Shown here: in pieces, positions 22,695 to 34,339 of the stretch | Position numbering within the stretch: position 1 is the stretch's first letter | How the letters are laid out: every line of letters begins with the position of its first letter | Source: Lepidodermella squamata | Taxonomy: Eukaryota > Animalia > Gastrotricha | Assembly (NCBI GenBank): GCA_047495785.1 | Contig: JBLDXI010000023.1 | Coordinates: 992,001 to 1,056,000, forward strand | Direction of reading: 5' to 3' | Length of the DNA stretch: 64,000 nucleotides | Made by a program: the position numbers and the translations under genes | The notes under the pieces: generated by a model | What the model was told of the DNA's origin: nothing | The model's input: the letters and a program-made list of their open reading frames with translations, nothing else | Database searches by the model: none

Positions 22695-25602
22695 CTAGTT
22701 GGAGGTTGTAGTTCTGACACTGGTCGTTGTTGTAGCAGTTGTCGTTATCAAATACAACGGCATCGGTTTAGCCGTAACAGCTCCAGCGGCTCTTAGTGCG
22801 GATATAGCCTGAGTATTGCCGTACATCAGCGCTAAATCAAGCGGAGAATAGCCTTCGTCATTGAGCGTATTAAAATTAGCTCCTGCTTCAATCAACTCTC
22901 CAATATCCATATCGATTTGTCGAGCTGAGAGGAAGTGCAGAAGAGTATCTCCCTTGCGAAGTTTTCGGTTGATATCGTACCCTTTTTGAACTAGAAGCTT
23001 GGCAAAAATGTTAAACTCGCCGTATTTCCAATATCCAATAAGGGTCAGACACGTGTCGTTGTTCTTGCTCTGAGAATTCACGTCCACTCCTTTCAAATTT
23101 GCAATTTGCAAGGCCCGCGCGAGAACAGTGTTGTCACTCTCACAAGTCAGCAAAAATGTGTTTTTCCCATCATTGTCAACAGCCGACAAATCCGCACCCG
23201 AAGCGACGAGAAGATCGACAACATTCACGGCGCATTCCCTACCTGCAATCATTAGCGGAGTTTTACCAGTTGATTCTCGATCCTCTAGGCTAATGCCAGG
23301 AGTTGCGATTAATAATCTCGCCAGATCGACGTTGTTTCCACGTGCAGCTAGATGTAGCAATGTATAATTTGTGTACCAGTTTGTGGTTGAATTAATCCTG
23401 ACTTTAACGTCGGCCCCATTTGATATCAGATATCCATAGACTTGAACGCGATCTGACGACGTCAAGTAGACGGCTGCGACTTCAAGCGGAGTCCTGCCTT
23501 CGGTATCCTTGTCAGAAACAGAATTTCCAGCCTCCTCAATAGCGAATTTCACCATAGGGAGAGCAGGAATCGCAGAGATCCGGCAAGCCTCGAAAATGAT
23601 TCGATCCAAGTTTTTGGAAGCTCCTTGCGAAACCAGGAATTTAACGATCTCAAGATTCTTTGCCGTAGCGTCGAGAATCGCCGTTCTCCCGTTCGCTTCC
23701 AAATCGACATCTGCACCGAATTGCACGAGCAATTTAACCAGATCAAGGCGACCTTGTTCAGCTGCAAGCATTAGAGCAGATTTCTTAAATTTCGGGTGAA
23801 TCGCATTAGCATCGCCGTCATTTTCGAGTAGAATCTGAAGCATTTCCAACGAAGCATTGGCAACTTTTAAAGCAGCAGCCACCACTGGGATCGGTTGGAA
23901 GTAGGTCAAGGTTTCGCAAGACACGTAGTCGTCGTGCTGTTCTATGATTAGATCATCCCCGCGGGCTTGATTGAGTCGAATCATTTCGCGAACAGCAGTT
24001 ATGTTCCCAGCTTTGACCTTTCCAGCAAATGCCTGGTGAAAACAGAATTATTAATCCTTTTTATGCCCTACAAGAATGCTGCGTTGTGCCAAGCTTTCCT
24101 CACAGGAAAACCGACAGTGAACAGCTTCACATTGTTTGAATCAGTATTTATATACGTATCCTCGAGCTAGGGGGTGGAATATTAACCCACCGAGATAAGC
24201 GATTCATTCAGCACAGCTTTCACAGCTGATCGTGTAGTAATGCTGGTCTTCATTGCAGCCGTTGATCTTGCCTTGAAAATAGCTCCAACAATCGGCTCCA
24301 GACCATCATTAATTGCCTCGTCGCTAGGCGTCAAAGGCCACATTTTAGGGGAATTTCTTGCTGCTGATGTCGTCGAAAAGGTGGAAGAACTCGTTGTTGT
24401 CGAAGTTACGGGACTGGTCGATGATCTATTGACTAACTCACGGCCCAAGGCAGCACCTCGTCTTCTCAAATTGCCGATGTTGATTTTATGGCCCCACATT
24501 GTTGAGATGTCCAAGGCAGTTTCGCCCCTGACGTTTGTTGCGTTCACATCAACGCCAATATCGAGCAAGGTCACGAGAGTAGTCCCATGATTATGAAACG
24601 CTGCGGTCATGAGTGCGGTATAGCCCGAATAACCCCTAAGGTCGAAGTCGTAGCCTTTACTAGCCAGATACTGCAAAATTTCAGGAAGATACCAGTCGCT
24701 CCCCCACCTTAGAAGGGGATAGTCGCAGGATGTAAATTTAGACCTTGAATTGACGTCATTCTGTCCGATTTCAATGGCAAACTTGATAAATTTTAAATGG
24801 CTATATGCAGTACGATCAATTTGACAAGCTTGAAGCAACATATTATCAATTTCGTCATTACTCGCCAGCGCATCCGCTCCCAGGTCAATCAAATATTGAA
24901 GTAAATCGAGGGAATAGCCAGCCCTTGCCGCAAACAGCAAGGGCGTGTTGCCTTCCTTGTCCCTCGCATTGACATCCATTTTGAACTGTTCGACCAGCAA
25001 TTTTGCAAAAGGCACGGGATCAACAGTGTTAACCCGGGAAAGTATGTGAAGGGCAGTTTGTCCGGCGGAATTCCTGGAATCTGGCGATTCGAATGGTAAC
25101 AAGTAGTAAACAAGCCGGAGGTATTCTTGAGTGATTGGGCCGTCAAAGGCAACCATCAGCGCCGTTTGGCCCTTCGGGTCTCGAACATCCGTCCTTGCTC
25201 CGTACTTTTCCACGAGGAGTCTCGCTAGGTCCAGTCGGCCATTCCTTGCAGCCCAGAGAAATGGAGTTTTTGAATCAGCCTCAATATTTGCGCCGTTTTG
25301 TAGTAGTAATTCGACCATTTCGTAGCTCTGATTTGTTCGAATTGCATTAACCAAAGCCGGGGCTCGGCTTCTTAGCCAGTAATATGCCGTGGAATTTGCA
25401 TTAACAAGGCCTGAATTCAACATTTGCCGAACAGTAGAAATTTGTCCTGACATAACAGCTTGGTTGAAAACCTAAATCAACCACTTAGCCTGAAGAGGCC
25501 AAAACATGTTCAAGATCTTACGTTGTCGTAATCGATCGCCCTTGCATGAATGATCGCACTCGTGAAACATATTTGGAACAAAATTACGTAGATGGATATC
25601 AT
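22695..25602 (-). CDS. Secreted ankyrin-repeat protein, copy 4 (3 exons, 899 aa)
   Basis: Exons 25602-25522 (MISIYVILFQICFTSAIIHARAIDYDN), 25471-24191 and 24032-22695. Short tail. Confidence 0.88.
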
Positions 25603-26419
25603 TTCAAAACAGATTCTATACAGAAATGTTAAATAATTCTGAAATGAACGAGACATACAAAACTTTCAGCTATTTTTAAGATACATGTATAAAAACTTGA
25701 TTCTACTACGGCATTGACGAGCGTGGTCATCCAGGTTTGCCAAAGAGGTTTTTTCCACCTTTTCCCTATGTTTTTCTTCTCAGTAACGTGGCTCTATTGT
25801 GTGCTCAAGCCATCTTCGTGATGATATGGTCACCCAGTTTCGCATCATTTCCACTGTTTACAGAGTCAAAAATATCGCCAATAGAGCCAGTACAGTATGG
25901 TCTGAAACTAGTGAAGAACGCGCATTTCTTCAAGTAATGGCTGATAATCTCGAGGCTAATCCATTTCATCAATCCATCGATCATCTTCAATGGGGCGCAT
26001 CTGATGATCCAATTTCGAGAGGAAAAATCAGTTATTATAGCACTTTAACACTTTAACTGCCAAAATATACTGCGAGATCGAGCCCTTAAAGTGAAAAACC
26101 ACATGTAGACTAATCCTTCCCAATGTCATCGTGCAACTAGATGTTTGTTAAGCGTGTGTCCCTACCGCCAATGTCGCCGATTTCACTAATATTTCCAAGA
26201 TGAAAAAGCAACAACATTTCAAATGAATTCATCTAGTTGGTGAAGGATTTTTCTGCGAATTTACTGCACTCGAAAGCGAAGCAAAACACAGGAAACCATT
26301 GTTGAGGAACATATTCATCTCTATCTAAATAGAAATAAACTGATCTCAGAGAACCAGTACGGCTCTCTTCAATAACAGGAGAATTCCGAGAGTGAGAAAT
26401 ACCTTAAATCAGCAGTAAA

Positions 26420-26548
26420 TCAAGGGGGCTCTAAATCGAAATCAAATCAAATCATTGTAAAATTTTTTAAATCAAATCATCAAAAATGGCCTAAATCAAA
26501 TCAAATCAAATCACAATCAAATCAAATCAAATCAAATCCAAAGCACTG
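26420..26548. mobile_element. End of a MITE family with (aaatc)n subterminal repeats and terminus ...aaatccaaagcactg
   Basis: The same terminus occurs at 32332 and 41724, and a two-ended copy at 33101-33512. Confidence 0.65.
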
Positions 26549-26659
26549 CGCCTGCCGCCCGGCCAGTTCCCTGTCCCACGATGTTAGTCTCTCTCCTCTC
26601 TCGCCTTCCGTCTTCCCTGAAGGAATCGAGAAACGACGCGCTAGGGCTTGATTTGCCTT

Positions 26660-27230
26660 CGATACAAATACAAACAACAATTTTAATTTCACTTTCGAAT
26701 TCGACAGGTTTACCCATAGCATAATCATTATAACGTCCAATCCTAAACCCGAAACAAGCGCTGTGTTGCGCAGCTCATGAACACAGGGTAGCAGAAATAT
26801 TCTGGCGGAGAACGGAGTAGAGAAGGAATAAAGAGAGATTAGGTCAAGAAGACAGGGAGCGGGCCCGACGACAGGCGGTTATAGAGGACGACTACTGGCG
26901 ACTTCACCGTTCACCGACTTTAAGCGGACGCCTTGGATTTGCTCGCGGAATGGCAGGACATGCCGGCAGGCATTCTCGGCGCAGCAGCTTAGATCCTGGG
27001 AGAACAACTGAGCAAGGCTAGGCGGGCGACAGCTCGAGTTCGGTGATGCGAAGGCGGTCTGTGAGACGAACGTTAAGCATCGCACGCATGCACTTGTTCT
27101 GGAGGACGTCGAGGCGGCGCAACTGTTGCTTTCCAGCGGACGAAAAGACGACGCAGCCGAAGGAGGCGATCGAGCGAACTAAAGCGAGATAGCTGGCACG
27201 GCGCCAGCAGAAGGAGCGGTTGATACGATA
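26660..27230 (-). mobile_element. 5'-truncated LINE fragment related to the element at 34-39 kb
   Basis: WRRASYLALVRS...KQQLRRLDVLQNKCMRAMLNVR aligns to WRRTLYLTLVRS...KQQLNRLAVIQNDSLRAMLHIR. It has a (TTTGTA)-like 3' tail. Confidence 0.8.
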
Positions 27231-28638
27231 GTGTGGTACCAGGAAAGGTTTTGCCCGCAGCGGCTCAAGGTGCGGTTCATGTGGTGCTTCCACGATAGAG
27301 GGAGCCAGAGGTCGAGCGGTCCAAGCTCCTCACTGGCGGCGAAGAGGCATGGGTTCAATCACCAGAACCGCAACAACTATCATTCTTCTATACGCATTGA
27401 ATGCAGCGTTTCTGGGACCGATAATCAAGCTGACAGGAAGACGTGTCGCCGACTAAGGAGCTAAGTGCACAATCCTCGAGTGCGTACCTGCTGGTAACAC
27501 CGCCAAGCAAATCCACCCGAGACCGCGGTTTCCTCCCTCCCGGTGTAGGACGCCATTCACCGGCAATCAAGATATGGCTACTCAGCACTCAGCAAGCAAA
27601 GCCTGGGGGCCACGGTTCGACCATCAAACATGGGAATAGTTGACTCTTAGCCTTGTGATGATACTACATGCTGGTGATCGAAAGGCAACTTGCTTAAAAA
27701 AGAGTATGAGTATGAGAAATAGCCGAAAAATAGCTGATCACGAATGGCGAAAATCGCTTCAATAGCATACAAAAATGTCCCAATCATTTTTACTTTATAA
27801 TCCAGGTTTTCTCAAACTGCGGGTCGCGAGGGTCGCCTGATGACTTTCGTAAAACTTTATAAAGTTTTATGAAAATCGTCAGGCGAATATATTTTTTTCT
27901 TTTATAGTCACTTTTCCAGGAATAGCTTTACCTAAATTTTGAAAGAAATTATGGGGGAAAATGATTTAAATTGGGTGAATGATATTTTACATAACTTATA
28001 ACTTGGACGCTAAATTGAATTTTCCCACACTGAAAAATGGTGAAACGTAGAAAAATTGGCTAGAAGTCGCAGCCTGGTACAGATTTTGTAGTGGCCAAAG
28101 ATTGGAGGTTGAGAATTCATCCATTGCATAAACTGTGTTCCTGTACTCTAGAGGTATGGATCATGCGAGAGGTGTAGATTGGAGCTACCGTTTAAACGGC
28201 CTGTTTCGGTGTGTCCAAGATAACGACACATAACTCGAACTTCAAACTTCAAACTTAACATCGAAAACGACGCAAATCCATGACATGCGATCAGGGAGCT
28301 CGCGCAAAACAATAGACCCCCATTTTAGCGATTCGTGTCGTTTTTAATGAAAATACTCTGGAAATGATGGATAGCACGTTAATGGACCGCAAACTTCGTG
28401 AAAATGGCACTTTTGTGAAAATCACAGCCCAATTGTTTTGGCATAGTAAAGACTGCTTTCCTGACACTCACCATCTCGAATATTTTCATCTCAAAGAATT
28501 GATATTTTTGATTTATTTATGTGAAATTGGAAATTGGTACAATATGTGAAATATATATTAAAAATTATTCAGAAAGTCAGTTAAATGCCACTTATTTAAT
28601 ATTTCCATCCTGGCCAGCCTCAGAGACTGCGGCTGGAA

Positions 28639-28717
28639 CCTAGCGGAATCCCTAGCGGAATCCCTAGCGGAATCCCTAGCGGAATCCCTAGCGGAATCCC
28701 TAGCGGAATCCCTAGCG
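28639..28717. repeat. 12-bp tandem repeat (cctagcggaatc) x 6.5
   Basis: Directly visible. Lies in the 3' UTR of ankyrin copy 5. Confidence 0.95.
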
Positions 28718-28728
28718 TACGTCCAACA

Positions 28729-31658
28729 CTAGTCGGGGGTTGTGGTCGTCAAATAAAACGGCATCGGTTTAGCCGTAATAGCTCCAGCGGCTTTTAGTGC
28801 GGCTATAGCCCGAGTATTGCCGTATATCAGCGCCAAATCAAGCGGAGCATAGCCTTCGTCATTCAGCGCATTTATATTAGCTCCGGCTTCAATCAACTCG
28901 ATCAAATCACTCGAGATTTCTCGGGCTGAGAGGATGTGCAGAAGAGTATCTCCCCTGCGGAGCTTTCGATTGATAACGTACCCCTTGTCAATTAGAAATT
29001 TGGCAAAACCATCGAAGTCGAAGTATTTCGAAATAAGGGTCAGACACGTGTCGTTGTTCTTGTTCTGAGAATTCACGTCCACTCCAGTGAAATTTGCAAA
29101 TAGCCAGGTCATCGTGAGAAAGATGCCGTCATTCTGACAAGCCAACAAGAACGCGTTATTCCCATCTTTGTCAACAGCCGATAAGTCCGCACCCGAATCG
29201 ACGAGAAGATTGGCAACATTCTCCGCGCTTTCACTAGCTGCAATCATTAACGGAGTTTTACCTGTTGATTCACGTTCTTCTAGGCCGATGTTAGCAGTTT
29301 TGATCAGCAATCTCGTCAGATCAACGTCATCTACACGAGCAGCTTGATGCAGTAATGTATAATTTGTGTATCTGTACGAGGTTGAATTAATCCTGATTGC
29401 AGCATCGGCCCCTTTCGATATCAGATATTCGTAGACTTGAACGCGATCTGGCGATTTCAAATAAAGTGCTGCGACTGCAAGTGGCGTCCTGCCTTCGGTA
29501 TCCTTGTCAGAAACAGAATTCCCAGCCTCCTCAATAGCGAATTTTACCACAGGGAGAGCAGGCATCTTAGAAATCCGGCAAGCCTCGAAAATTATTTGAT
29601 CCAAGTTTTTCGAAGCTCCTTGCGAAACGAGAAATTTAACGATTTCAAGATTCGTTGCCGTAGCGTCGAGAATCGCCGTTCTTCCGTTCGCTTCTAAATC
29701 GACATCTGCACCGAATTGCACGAGCAATTGGACTAGATCAAGGCGACCTTGTTCTGCGGCAAGCATTAGAGCGGATTTCTTGAACCCTGGATGAATCGCA
29801 TTTGCATCGCCATAATTTTCGAGTAGAATCTGTAGCATTTCCAACGAAGCATTGGCAACACTTAATGCAGCAGCCACCACTGGGATCGGTTGGTCGTAAA
29901 TTAAGGTCTCGCAACCTACGTAATCGTCGTGCTGTTCTATTATGAGATCGTCCCCGCGGGCTTGATTGAGCCGAATCATTTCGCGAACAGCAGTGATGTT
30001 CCCGGCTTTGACTTTTCCAGCAAATTCCTAGTGGAAAGAATAATTAATCTTGTTCGTGCCCTACGAGAGTGCTGTTGTGCCAAACTTTCCTCAGGTGTTC
30101 TGTTGTACTTTTTTGCCCGAATTTCAAACCAACGAGGTGGTTCCAACCCGGGTGGAGATAAGCTTCAAACTCAATTGTAACCTACCGAGATAAGCGATTC
30201 ACTCCGCACAGCTTTCACAGCTGATCGAGTAGTTGTGCTGGTCTTCATTGCAACGGTTGATCTTGCCTTGAAAATAGCTCCAACAATCGGCTGCAGACCA
30301 TCATTGATTGCCTCGTCGCTAGGCGTTAAAGGCCACATTTTAGCGGAATTTCTTGCTGCTGATGTCGTCGAAATTGCGGAAGAACTCGTTGTTGTCGAAG
30401 TTACGGGACTGGTCGATGATCTCTTGACTAACTCACGGCCCAAGGCAGCACCTCGTCTTCTCAAACTGCCGATACTGAATTCATCTTCCCACATTGTCGC
30501 GACGTCCAAGGCAGTTTCGCCGTCGTCATTCGTTGCATTTACATCAACTCCCAAATCGAGCAAGGCCACAAGAGTTTGCTGCCGATCTTTTGACGCTGCT
30601 GAAGACATAAGAGCGGTATAGCCCGCATCTTTAGCCCGAATGTTGAAATCGTAGCCTTTACTGGCTAAGTACTGCATAATTTCAACAAGAGCCCAGTCGC
30701 TCACCTGCCAACCATTTCGCCATTGAAGGCGATAGTCGCAGGCTGCAGCTTTCGACCTTGAATTAACGTCATTCTGTCCGATTTCAATGGCAAACTTGAT
30801 AAACGTTAAAAGGCCCGACCCAGGACGATTAATTTGACAAGCTTGAAGCAGCATATTATCACTTTGGTTATTTCGAGCCTGCGCATCCGCTCCTTGGTCG
30901 ATCAAATATTGGAGTAGACCGATGGAATACCCAGTCCTAGCCGCGATCAGCAAAGGCGTGTTGTCTTCCTTGTCTCTCGCATTAACATCCATTTTGAACT
31001 GTTCGACCAGTAATTTAGCAAAAGGCACGGGATCAATAGTGTCAACCGCGCAAAGTAAGTGAAGGGCCGTTTGTCCGGCGGAGTTTCTGGAATCCGGCGA
31101 TTCAAGTGGTAACAAGTAGTAAGCTAGTCGGAGATGTTCTTGAGTGATTGGGCCGTCAAAGGCAACCATCAACGCCGACTGGTTCTTCTGGTCTCGAAAG
31201 TCCGTCCTTGCTGCGTACTTTTCAACGAGAAGTCTCGCTAGGTCGAGCCGGCCATTTCTTGCAGCCCAGAGAAATGGAGTCTTTGAATCGTCTCTAGCGT
31301 TGAAGTTTTGGCCGCTTTGCTGTTTGTTGAAGCCATCGACATTTGCACCATTTCGTAGTAGTAATTCGACCATTTCGTAGCTCTGATTTGCTCGAATCGC
31401 ATTCACTAAAGCCGGGGCTCGGCTTCCTGGTTGGTAAATTGCCGTGGAATTTGCGTTCACAAGGCCCGAATTCAACATTTGCTTAACTGAAGAGATTTGG
31501 CCCGACATAACAGCTTGGTTGAAAGCCTAAATGAGCAACTTGAAACCTGAAGTAGCCAAACATGTTCAAGGTCTTACGCTGTCGTAATCGATCGCCCTTG
31601 CGTGAATGATTGCACCCAAGAAACATATTTCGAGCAAAAATATGTAGATGGTTATCAT
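28729..31658 (-). CDS. Secreted ankyrin-repeat protein, copy 5 (3 exons, 906 aa)
   Basis: Exons 31658-31578 (MITIYIFLLEICFLGAIIHARAIDYDS), 31526-30186 and 30027-28729. Short tail. Confidence 0.88.
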
Positions 31659-32482
31659 TTGACTGCTTCGGAAATAAGTCTGAATTCAACGACACGTGAA
31701 TGTTTTTTCAGCTGTCATTAAGCAGTTTTATAACACGATTCTACTACGGCATTGCCGAGCGTGGTCATCCAGGTTTGCCAAAAAGGTTTTTTCCACCTTG
31801 AGGAATTTTGTTTTTCTACTTAGGTAAATGGCAAACCTTTGACATGCAAATCTTTAATTTTTGAAATAATGCTCAAGGGACATATAATGCTAATGTTTTT
31901 TCAGCTATTATTAAGATAATATAAAAACAGGATTCTACTACGGCATTGCCGAGCGTAGTCATTCAGTTGTATGCCAAAGAGGTTTTTCCACCTTTAGAAT
32001 TTTTTTTTCTCCTCAATCACGTAGCGCTATTGTGTGCTCAAGCCATCTTCGTGATGATATGGTCACCCAGTTTTGCATCATGGCCACTGTTTACAGAGGC
32101 AAAAAAATCGCTAATAGAGCCAGTACAGTGTGGTCTGAAACTAGTGAAGAACACACACAAGTAATGGCTAATGATCACGATTAATAATGATCCAAATCCA
32201 TTTCATCAATCCATTGATCATCTTCATTGGCGCACATCTGATATCAATATCGAGATAACAAATCAGATCTTATAAAAGTTCTTGAAAAATAGGGTCTAAA
32301 TTAAATCAAATCAGATCAAATCCAAAGCACTGCTAAGTGCTAAGATTCTCCCTCTCTTATATTTCACCGACAAAATTTAGTTAAAAAACGTTTCAGAGGC
32401 TCAGCATTCAGATCAGAATTCAGCTTTTCCAGTCGTTCCTCGCGACAGTCCTTGCGGAACAAAAATCATGCACTCCGCCTGA

Positions 32483-32823
32483 ATAAGTCTGGTCGGATAG
32501 GACGAATTCGGCCGGTTTGATTGAATTTCAATGGAGTCATCATTTTTAATTTCCAAATCGAAAGAATTTACACAGATGCCGATGAGACTGTGACGGACAC
32601 GGGGTTATCTTTTGTTGGATCAAAAAATGATCAGAAATCTATGAAAGTTGTTCAAAAATATCGAAATTTCAATCTCAGGCTGACTATTTTCAACAACAAA
32701 AGATACCCCGTGTCCGCCACAGTCTCATCGGCATCTGTGTAAATTCTTTCGAGCTGTGTAAAATGACGACGCTATTGAAATTCAATCAAACCGGCCGAAT
32801 TCGCCCTATCCACCCAGACTTAT
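32483..32823. mobile_element. Foldback MITE
   Basis: About 135-bp imperfect inverted arms (ataagtctgg...gaattcggccggtttgattgaatttcaat / attgaaattcaatcaaaccggccgaattc...ccagacttat). Confidence 0.8.
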
Positions 32824-33100
32824 TTGCTATTTTCAAATAGCTAGTATGTCCTGACCATGCAAGATAACGGCGTTCTGGTCTAAAAACCTTGTAGCCAACA
32901 TCGAAAAGCAATATTCATCAAAAGGGCGATCAGGAATTCATCGAATTCAATTTTCGGCGAATTTTCAAAGTCGAAATCGTCCTTCCCGCCTTGAAAGGGT
33001 TAAGAGAAAACCCAGTAAAAAGTCTAGACTAGGCTACCAGGCCTATCATAAGTCTTATTGCACCAAGCCTATTTCAGGTCTTCGCCTAGTCTCAGCTTAA

Positions 33101-33512
33101 CAAGAGCTTTGGATTTGATTTGATTTGATTAACAGCCTAAATCACGGACCTCCTTCAATCAATCAAAATCAATAATTGTCTCAATTTTCCAGGACTAAAT
33201 CAATCAAATCAAATCATCGACACCAATAAATCACTATAAATCGCGAAACATCGGGATTTCAAGTAAGCTGGGGGCTTCGAAATGTCAAGAAAAAGATACA
33301 ATACGCGAATTTGAAAACACCGTCCCTTACTAAAGCAAATTTTCAGGAAAAAAGGACGAGAGATTATAGTTTCGCGGTATCAAGTTTTTCGATTGCATCA
33401 CCAAGGGTAAATCAAAATTAATCAATTCAAAAGGCTTTCCCGCGTAAATCAATCATTTCAAATCTAAATCAGCGAAAATAGGGTATAAATCAAATCAAAT
33501 CCTAGGCACTTG
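33101..33512. mobile_element. MITE, (aaatc)n family, both ends present
   Basis: caagagctttggatttgatttg...caaatcaaatcctaggcacttg. The interior is homologous to 41430-41724. Confidence 0.65.
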
Positions 33513-34339
33513 GCCCAACATCAAAGCTTTGAACATTTATTTGGCCCGATAATGCTGGGCCTAGCCAATTTTCTAAATCCAGACTAGGCTTAGGATTTGA
33601 GTGAAATCGACTTATATAATTTGGGTGTACGATATGTCCGTTTCCCAAAATTCCAGAGGCAAATCGCAAGAATTTGTGAAATCATTGCACCTCGATGAGG
33701 TAATTTTTTTTACAGAGAAAAGTGCTGCTAGTCTCAATATATCGGTTCACTCAATAATCACTGTTCTTGATATAATACAGTGCCACCTCCAAAAATGCAA
33801 CCTCCATAAAACCTCCATTTTAGCCAATTTAGCCAATTCGGCGATTGAGATTTTCAATTTCAAAAAAGGCAATCTTTTTCGGTTGATCGCTGCTCACATT
33901 TTGCATTACCACATCAAGTGATTTTTTCCGGCACGCGACTCAAAAAGCATAAACATAAACATAAAAATCTTTATTGTTGTCCTCTTTCCAAATAAAAAAT
34001 ACACAAAATAACTCTCTAATAATACTATGGAACAAGAGGCGCGTGCGAGTAAGATGTATCCATGCTCATCATATTGATGGGGCACGTAGGAGACGGAGAG
34101 GGAGACGGCGAGGGTTTTATCAGTTGCAGGGTAGTTATCGATAGCAGAGAGAAACACATTACAGAGAATTGCGGTAAGAGTAAAAAGGAGAAAATTTGGC
34201 GGAGACAACGGTAGCTAACGGAGGAATTTTATAAAAAAGCAAGGCAGCCTGTAGAGGAAAAAAAAACAACATGAAAGAAGAGATGAAGAAAAAAGAGGGA
34301 AGATATAGGAGAGAAGATGGGAGAAAAGAGAATAACAGC

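Noticed and set aside
28639-28717. Possible CRISPR-like array
   Set aside because: Head-to-tail 12-mers with no spacers and no cas genes.
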